A stretch of DNA of 32,471 nt from Puniceicoccales bacterium (GTDB lineage: Bacteria; Verrucomicrobiota; Verrucomicrobiia; Opitutales; JAIRKQ01): positions 1 to 32,471 of the forward strand of contig JAITAS010000012.1 in the NCBI GenBank assembly GCA_031284015.1, read 5' to 3'. The translations under genes were made by a program, and so were the position numbers. Of this stretch, positions 29,301 through 32,471 are shown one piece after another (within the stretch, counting starts at the first letter, position 1; every line of letters begins with the position of its first letter). The notes below the pieces were generated by a model. It searched no databases, was not told where the DNA came from, and saw only the letters and a program-made list of their open reading frames with translations.

Positions 29301-29754
29301 AGAAGGTAGCGAGTGGATAAACGATTCCCAAAGAAAAAGTGCACAATTTGTGTTGGTTTACAGGACTGACACCGATGGCACTTCCGGTACTGGTGGCACA
29401 TACAAAACACTGTTTTTAAGTGATAAAGATGCTCAAGAAATCGGGGAAGCAATGTCGAACTTGAACGTAAAAAATTGCTGGATGTTTAATGCCGGAGGAA
29501 CCCCATCTTCCGCCAATCCGCTGGCAACCATTGACGAAGGTGTACTAGCCGCAGGGCGAAAAGCAGCTGTTGATTTGGCCATTTTATATGGCAATTTCCA
29601 CCATTTAAATTCTACGGAAGATAACCAACGTATGCTTCAAGAACATTTACAAACTTCACAAACAGCGCAAGAAAGTTTTCTGAAACGAGTACAAATCTTA
29701 CAACCTCGCGAGTATGACGATGCCGTAGCTTTTGCACAAAAGTCAGCTGCTTGA
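20335..29754 (+). CDS. Giant 3139-aa protein with a C-terminal SF2 P-loop ATPase (DUF3638/DUF3645-like); candidate effector
   Basis: Uninterrupted 9.4-kb ORF with SD. Motifs: FE...FRVRGAQ (26149), Walker A FQLMMGGGKTSV (26260), Walker B LLDEVD (26674), GCTGTP (27541), AIIDAGG (27769), YYDELRCTGCDIPLP (28018), LQGVLRARKF (28120), EVEQEQEQEQ (28657). This order is as I recall it for DUF3638/DUF3645 giant proteins. Confidence 0.8.
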   Translation: MSQTDWDPIKTAFKLTGVTEISDISSIRMGQGYADLHKTATKIQHTILEERKCWSGRLKFAIFPERLLLWSLRKNSGIDKLIREFKNGLITIYHASEGSEVKLQIEALFGNIGEEIPTICQEQRDEAIVPQNISCTGLESFKHMESLLHGRNDVSSPTMNESAGKFFSAFEKLGITQIVGINSLTEEHLTKCIDDNKPVVVLEGTNALLIRKNEDGGIEITKFTTVSKDLNTNGGIQMDSGDYVNAFQLFNLKYEPSEFNEIHFGLKSINDGKPPEAIPQGKMFLIKSRGKNPTTPQYELLNLLQYAAKGDSAKEREVARFEINEYIGHLSNAAHKMRSEGEIMSDQHMINFNALSQDIQKRILLLQASGKISAELASEYLSHIVGISPTRTEPQPSGPTQPSQGGSFDTLKIKNISYSAASNVQTSRGHNVQTNGDILSFLQQANKSHTAGLSAPLVMGFATAKRFEDLVKNQDETFKALEGKDREDAAINVGNFFRMAALYIEYDKRNGIAIPGSKQQFYDSLIALGLRIYKEYGRKHNFFDGEEYGNDRVKHYVIRNQDSNGVTHEIEMCREIHDAVRDDQITNVQSAMEAVRNISDVSLKETVATSFFRVPIDGEHYKHVNSTTKIGAAANGFAYMLFSLTADSNEGTAFYTQARIAPKVIKNLSFGEQLQKNYKKICEFLNNKSQGEVAKSQESKRFLFLEHCCLPSNPSNGNIVQKAEAMLSWLQTSGNTSIFDDLEAQRIFCKLLCGDINSPQALSIALKDGETCRQFERIVNQFFQHSLSNFPNPIEQDADLQKYKFYASLYIQLNKTIEEAKGKKPDLDTSVFNKKVKLDGTSDEIQIFACVLCQKMILGDTLTPEEMLRCTDPKMMIWPEMAGASDTLLNRDPEDSSGIKNMFDGPVLDSLRDFIVRQKDDLNKDGCHCIADAYAKQLGYAGPSVTIDCVNRLITIKDTTTNASVTIDLNNFVRLRDGIYPEEHVQTNDSEHPILALLGVNGTNIHHRVKVNGNTSVVDGKIVVDNKTNRVTMNGKVFVSRVQNSSTRRLPAELVMEKMLDRFLPFVDENDKTCQKVYFYDKTSLDQPVFVLENGTLYTSTSNKYYKVPTLLTGHVFADPLLQHLNSSEMSNVFATKDEGGAISSYVIPELRYNDQILQFSRGSDGQLHLVSNENYILSEPPIPNPLEGNTLNYVCLRSKDNPSDYKFILINDKHLIDTSSLDQATKSEISVLGQDVLEIGFNTITGFDLGADHQATGIILAGRLFDIGKNELALNILNKIDMRTVIALKNNTLLQTTLRSLITNKTTGALDLKRDQPLERNLAAFKILTLLLESDPYNFRNFLLAKNPDGTINFGDSFDLVTQVCSLYQALVDAKENSTQQVSLSKEAELAFTEEIMGAMGQALQAASGVGRALLSMMPESTLLEMPEFGLLKLFEQRHRSLVEELGAKTNVSYITKVAKDSKDHVVVHVKPGGKRSFEKANTFSSVLPIRNTKMLATLRKEAQNTALLKTPTNIERRKALLRKCCRSDDEINSTDQHELSDSQKKAYIAFRNEMRFPTSLPSDEVMLNSMQEVFVAEIEGFIKSQSIESKHAQALDIENSARQSIVGEIGGILRPVKAQQIDGGSATSPDGIDKWKISTLMDFVSQDETTIQSSASLAPNDRKLILEFKRKYSSDINNSTFEKDHRSELLDLANAISGSGKTFSSNDRQIIAQYKTTADKELGRYNEEMNLARSQDLRARAVGELYEINANSFTAKNEEKSTIDTTIDNLTTQISEANKEVEEIRKQLDTKFSTCSKTMESLRKTKLAKMPTLDDARKALVCAPSDPDGDWSKSIKVLRDVNPEFTDADCKEIVDLIKQLLQASTSIKSLEQLKTAIENVHNKGRAVLEANQNLPGYYDTDLSQEQKDFLLAKDQLIIAYESVRTYDPKTEMEALAFEDIVGFRVRGAQASIVKNVIAQLQTNEANNEQTGVTFQLMMGGGKTSVVLSQLAHAISTQGKIPLFVCHPSQYTAMLGNLRIFQESRYSQEVISIDESKSDLADSNKLSGILRKLKRAKNGGGCLVIQAPTIRAIKLEFIRTSRSAMEKNDPVLMARAKQLAEILSYMKENCTQLLDEVDLNLDISKSVNFPGGSRKTLASDQIDVVASMLGMITEDTDLREAFVNDKFGVEKNGKRPVNQFKQKIIDNCFDKIQQLDSEISRDDLAKFMLGNQEPSESFKKSWEKIKSSHQKEARDIALQKGMLSIIDSAAKKEYNRHYGFRGDGSVIPYQGVGTPSSGEFGNVYEQAYYFFAAILHDGIQVSQITSLVEGYVNGSLPKSLKSSFESVWRECGLGTPSDLKKMSAVQRNAIINKAVSQLNAKKGFKEFMLLAKQIAATVIKYNSETLECNAISMVDMGKTSVGCTGTPWNMQTYHSAFQGENKALLELGTEGRIIQKWEKDFRTGDSKILTSSNTTTTVSGMLDSYRAAHKDDSRELHAIIDAGGIFKDKTNDEVAGDILKYYQDDLNVGFVVYLGKTVTGDESFFVMKKEDPDNPIPIPDTSPATIERVVGKGNIDKIFVYYDELRCTGCDIPLPKDANAVLTINPNSTPIRTALQGVLRARKFLDSQQVDICIPQALVPEGVDLNNQTEAMTKICSYCIENQSVILAQQMYKSYRAQTANCLNSILFERLHANVSQHSGKRISKEERKILDLCEKFLYSQFEADPLKLFGEITSEQDAYRALEGYYNSLFREIKKSDKELAQEFQARAEKILNKAKDALKFTVQGGTIDAGTEVEQEQEQEQEQEQEQEQVTDDSKNIRQEQTWAVFNAASQEDSPNANNPSTVSEGEAPLSSTDAMQQTTEPANLPLSEKAKMLFEDLKSNTGLSELMLQDREVLISSMDQRLRQSAERNNISDRELLVILRTANNNPDSHTLPLIANQLSIKDQLLDRVKDRILKAAPSFDSLISQGGTNIPEILPANNCATFRRGSGNIFDSNVQMTTNLAQNIEGSEWINDSQRKSAQFVLVYRTDTDGTSGTGGTYKTLFLSDKDAQEIGEAMSNLNVKNCWMFNAGGTPSSANPLATIDEGVLAAGRKAAVDLAILYGNFHHLNSTEDNQRMLQEHLQTSQTAQESFLKRVQILQPREYDDAVAFAQKSAA
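28663..28710 (+). repeat. Coding hexanucleotide repeat, (GAR CAR)x8 = (EQ)8
   Basis: GAGCAG GAACAG GAGCAA GAGCAG GAGCAG GAGCAA GAACAG GAGCAG. Confidence 0.95.
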
Positions 29755-29825
29755 TTTGTATCAAAAATGTTTGATCTGCTAAAACTTAGGCTAATACAAA
29801 GATAGATTCAAACCTTTTGGAAAAA

Positions 29826-31073
29826 TCATTGGCAGGGCAGCGGAAACTTGGCACAAAGGTCCACAACTTTATGTTTAATATCAGAAATTGTGGATTTGTC
29901 ATTTGGATTTGAGAGCACGACTTTTATAAATTCTGCAATTTGAACCATTTCTTTTTCCTTCATCCCGCGCGTAGTTACTGCGGGAGTCCCCAATCTTAAG
30001 CCGCTGGCGAGCAAAGGACTTCTTGTCTCATTCGGAATAACGTTCCTATTGACCGTTATGTTGGCATTTTCAAGTGCGACTTCTGCATCCTTCCCGGTTA
30101 GACTTTCGTGAACGGTGCGTAAATCAACGAGCATTAGATGATTATCTGTCCCTCCTGTTACAATGTGGTATCCATTGGCGATCATTTGCTCGGCGAGAAT
30201 GGCCGCGTTTTTAATAATTTGATTTTGGTATTGTTTAAACTCGGGCCTTAGAGCTTCTAAGAAACACACCGCTTTCCCAGCGATAACATGCATTAACGGA
30301 CCTCCCTGGGTTCCAGGAAAAACAGCGGAATCGATGGCCTTGGCGAATTCTTCTTTGCACATTATCATGCCACCACGCGGACCACGCAGAGTTTTATGGG
30401 TTGTCGTGGTGACAAATTCGCAATATGGAACCGGACTTTGGTGTAATCCAGTAGCGACAAGACCCGCTATGTGGGCAATATCAGCCAGGACTAGGGCACC
30501 TTGTGAATGTGCAATTTCGGATACCAACTTAAAATCTATGGCTCTGGAATATGCGGATGCTCCAATGGTTATTAATTTTGGATGTTCAGCTTTAGCCAAC
30601 AGCTTCATTTGGTCATAGTCAATACGACCGGTTGCTACGGATACATTATAGTGGATCACCTTGTATAGCATGCCACTTGTGTTTTTGGGATGGCCATGGG
30701 TTAGGTGGCCTCCATTTTCAAGGGATAGGGTTAAAATTTTATCTCCGGGTTTTAGTACTGCAGTATAAACAGCTGAATTGGCCTGGCTACCAGAATGAGG
30801 CTGCACATTGACATGCTCTGCTCCAAATAGTTGCTTTGCACGATCAATGGCTAACTGCTCAATAACGTCGACATTTTCACAACCACCGTAGTAGCGCCTC
30901 CGAGGGTATCCCTCGGCATATTTATTTGTCAACACGCTCCCGACAGCTTCTAAAACGGCAGAGGAAACAAAATTTTCAGATGCTATTAGCTCGATTTGTT
31001 CCTTCTGACGAATTTTTTCTTTTTCAATTGCACTAAAAACGGCAAAATCAATTTCCTTTAGAGATTGAAGCAT
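29826..31073 (-). CDS. glyA: Serine hydroxymethyltransferase
   Basis: [93 protein letters not shown] before ATG 31073. Confidence 0.98.
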   Translation of the reverse strand: MLQSLKEIDFAVFSAIEKEKIRQKEQIELIASENFVSSAVLEAVGSVLTNKYAEGYPRRRYYGGCENVDVIEQLAIDRAKQLFGAEHVNVQPHSGSQANSAVYTAVLKPGDKILTLSLENGGHLTHGHPKNTSGMLYKVIHYNVSVATGRIDYDQMKLLAKAEHPKLITIGASAYSRAIDFKLVSEIAHSQGALVLADIAHIAGLVATGLHQSPVPYCEFVTTTTHKTLRGPRGGMIMCKEEFAKAIDSAVFPGTQGGPLMHVIAGKAVCFLEALRPEFKQYQNQIIKNAAILAEQMIANGYHIVTGGTDNHLMLVDLRTVHESLTGKDAEVALENANITVNRNVIPNETRSPLLASGLRLGTPAVTTRGMKEKEMVQIAEFIKVVLSNPNDKSTISDIKHKVVDLCAKFPLPCQ

Positions 31074-31206
31074 TATTCTCTCCTTTGGAAAAAACATATG
31101 AACAAACAATGAAAAACAACAAGTTAAATTTAATTTAATATGGGTTGTTTTTTCTTGATTTTGTAATCAAGCACTCTTTATTGGAACAAAGTGAGGATTT
31201 TTAAAA

Positions 31207-31365
31207 ATGACACAACATCCAAGTTTTACAAGGAGTGGAAGTGGAGCAGCTAACAAACGTAGTGTTTTAAAGCGCCATGAGCGGGTAGATTTATTGAAGA
31301 AACGTGGTATTTGGACCGACGCAAGTTCAATAGTTGGGTTACCCAAGACCAAACCCGAAGAATGA
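31207..31365 (+). CDS. PVC-superphylum signature small basic protein (TIGR04137-type)
   Basis: Not in the ORF track (52 aa): MTQHPSFTRSGSGAANKRSVLKRHERVDLLKKRGIWTDASSIVGLPKTKPEE. Shows the M(S/T).H.S...KR.VLKR.ER+..L...G.W.....+.GLPK pattern. Confidence 0.9.
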   Translation: MTQHPSFTRSGSGAANKRSVLKRHERVDLLKKRGIWTDASSIVGLPKTKPEE

Positions 31366-31393
31366 GGTATGTGCGAAGGATATTAGCTAAGGC

Positions 31394-32128
31394 ATGAAAA
31401 GTATCCAATGGGGGCATGTTTTTGTTTTTTTTCTCGTCGCATTTGGGATCAGTGGATGTAATAAAAAAGAGTTATCTAACTGTGAAAGCTTGGAGACGAG
31501 CGATAAAAATTTTGTGTTGGCAACCAAATATGTTCGAAATGAGCTCTACGATGATGCCATTAATTGTTTAAACAATGTAATTAAATCCCATAAAATTTCT
31601 CCCGAGTCGAGTTTGCTACTTGGTACCATTTACTTGGATAAAAAAAATGATCCCATATCTGCAATATATTTTTTGAGAAAATATATGAATGAATGCAGCA
31701 ATGCACAGCAAATGCAAATTGCCAAACAACTTATTGATACTGCCAAGAAAGAGTTTCTAAAAAGTTTCCCTGCATATAATGGGATTGCCCAAAGCGAAGC
31801 AGAATTAATGGAAATATTAAAATCTCTAAAAGATCAAAATGCCGCTCTACGACAGCAAGCGGTCGCAAATAGGCAGAAAATTTCTTCCTATGAATCAAAG
31901 ATAAATGCACTACAAAATGCCACCCAAGGAAATTTCATACAACATTCACCATACCCAGAATCTGAAACTGTCGCAATACATACGGTCGAAAACGGAGAAA
32001 CTCTTTCGAGCATAAGCAATAAATATTATGGTACATCCGGTGCTTGGCAAAAAATTTTCGAAGCAAACAGTGCCATCTTGAAAAATCCTAAAGACCTACG
32101 GATTGGGCAACAATTGATCATACCATAG
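31394..32128 (+). CDS. Lipoprotein with TPR-like repeats, coiled coil and C-terminal LysM domain
   Basis: Lipobox FGISGC, TPR-like YDDAINCL...SSLLLGTIY...AIYFLRKY, coiled coil, and LysM HTVENGETLSSISNKYYG...WQKIFEAN..ILKNP.DLRIGQQLIIP. Confidence 0.88.
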   Translation: MKSIQWGHVFVFFLVAFGISGCNKKELSNCESLETSDKNFVLATKYVRNELYDDAINCLNNVIKSHKISPESSLLLGTIYLDKKNDPISAIYFLRKYMNECSNAQQMQIAKQLIDTAKKEFLKSFPAYNGIAQSEAELMEILKSLKDQNAALRQQAVANRQKISSYESKINALQNATQGNFIQHSPYPESETVAIHTVENGETLSSISNKYYGTSGAWQKIFEANSAILKNPKDLRIGQQLIIP

Positions 32129-32175
32129 CATTTTTTCGAGGGTAGTTATTTTATAGATTGCTATGGCCATACAAC

Positions 32176-32471
32176 TATAGTTAATCTTCATGACAAGGGC
32201 CGAAAGAAGAGTTGGAAAGCAAAGAAGAAATGTATTACTGGAAAGATTTAAAGGTCAAGGTGACAGAATATGCCAAAATCAACGGAGTAAAAGAGACCAG
32301 TAAGGTGTTTGGCGTAGGTACCAGGACGATAAGCAGGAGGAAAAAGTTAGTGAGGGAAAAGGGGAACCTCAACCGAGCTCCTTTAAATAGGAAGGCAAGG
32401 AAGTTGGATATGGAGGGACTTAGGAAGTACGTGGAGGAGCATCCGGACGCGTATCTAAAGGAGATGGCGAA
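32176..32471 (+). mobile_element. IS630-family insertion sequence, left end and 5' part of the transposase (runs off the window)
   Basis: ORF from ATG 32230 open to the end: MYYWKDLKVKVTEYAKINGVKETSKVFGVGTRTISRRKKLVREKGNLNRAPLNRKARKLDMEGLRKYVEEHPDAYLKEMA, an IS630 N-terminal HTH pattern (Y..DL+.KV...S.VFG+...TI...G.L...RK+D...L..YVE.HPDAYL.E.A). The TA|TAGT.. left end at 32176 is inferred. Confidence 0.85.

Noticed and set aside
29755-29825. Terminator between the convergent giant gene and glyA
   Set aside because: Only weak AT-rich stems (ATCAAA-AATG-TTTGAT); no GC hairpin with a U-tract.

Overview
Low-GC (by eye mostly 35-40%) bacterial window from a PVC-superphylum genome. The PVC signature small basic protein at 31207-31365 is absent from the ORF track; the overall gene style suggests a host-associated Verrucomicrobiota/Opitutia-type organism (inference). 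A housekeeping backbone (rsmI, nusB, mutS, thyA-folA-lpxK, secA-mnmA, glyA) is interspersed with accessory genes. These include a two-gene type III secretion module (sctD plus a YscE/CdsE-like co-chaperone) separated from the rest of an injectisome and a 3139-aa giant protein whose C-terminal third is an SF2 ATPase (DUF3638/DUF3645-like) with motifs and spacings paralleling the SecA in this window. Also present are a GC-rich secreted-protein gene, an orphan half-NuoN-like membrane protein, an orphan prepilin-like gene, a GT8 with a hydrophobic N-terminus and an HLD/OleB-like hydrolase with altered motifs. The edges carry a partial SMI1/KNR4 immunity gene (left) and a partial IS630 (right). The best candidate for an undescribed system is a dispersed T3SS with a giant SecA-like ATPase as a possible effector; the link between them is inference. 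No rRNA, tRNA or CRISPR array was seen. Family assignments come from motif recognition, not database searches.
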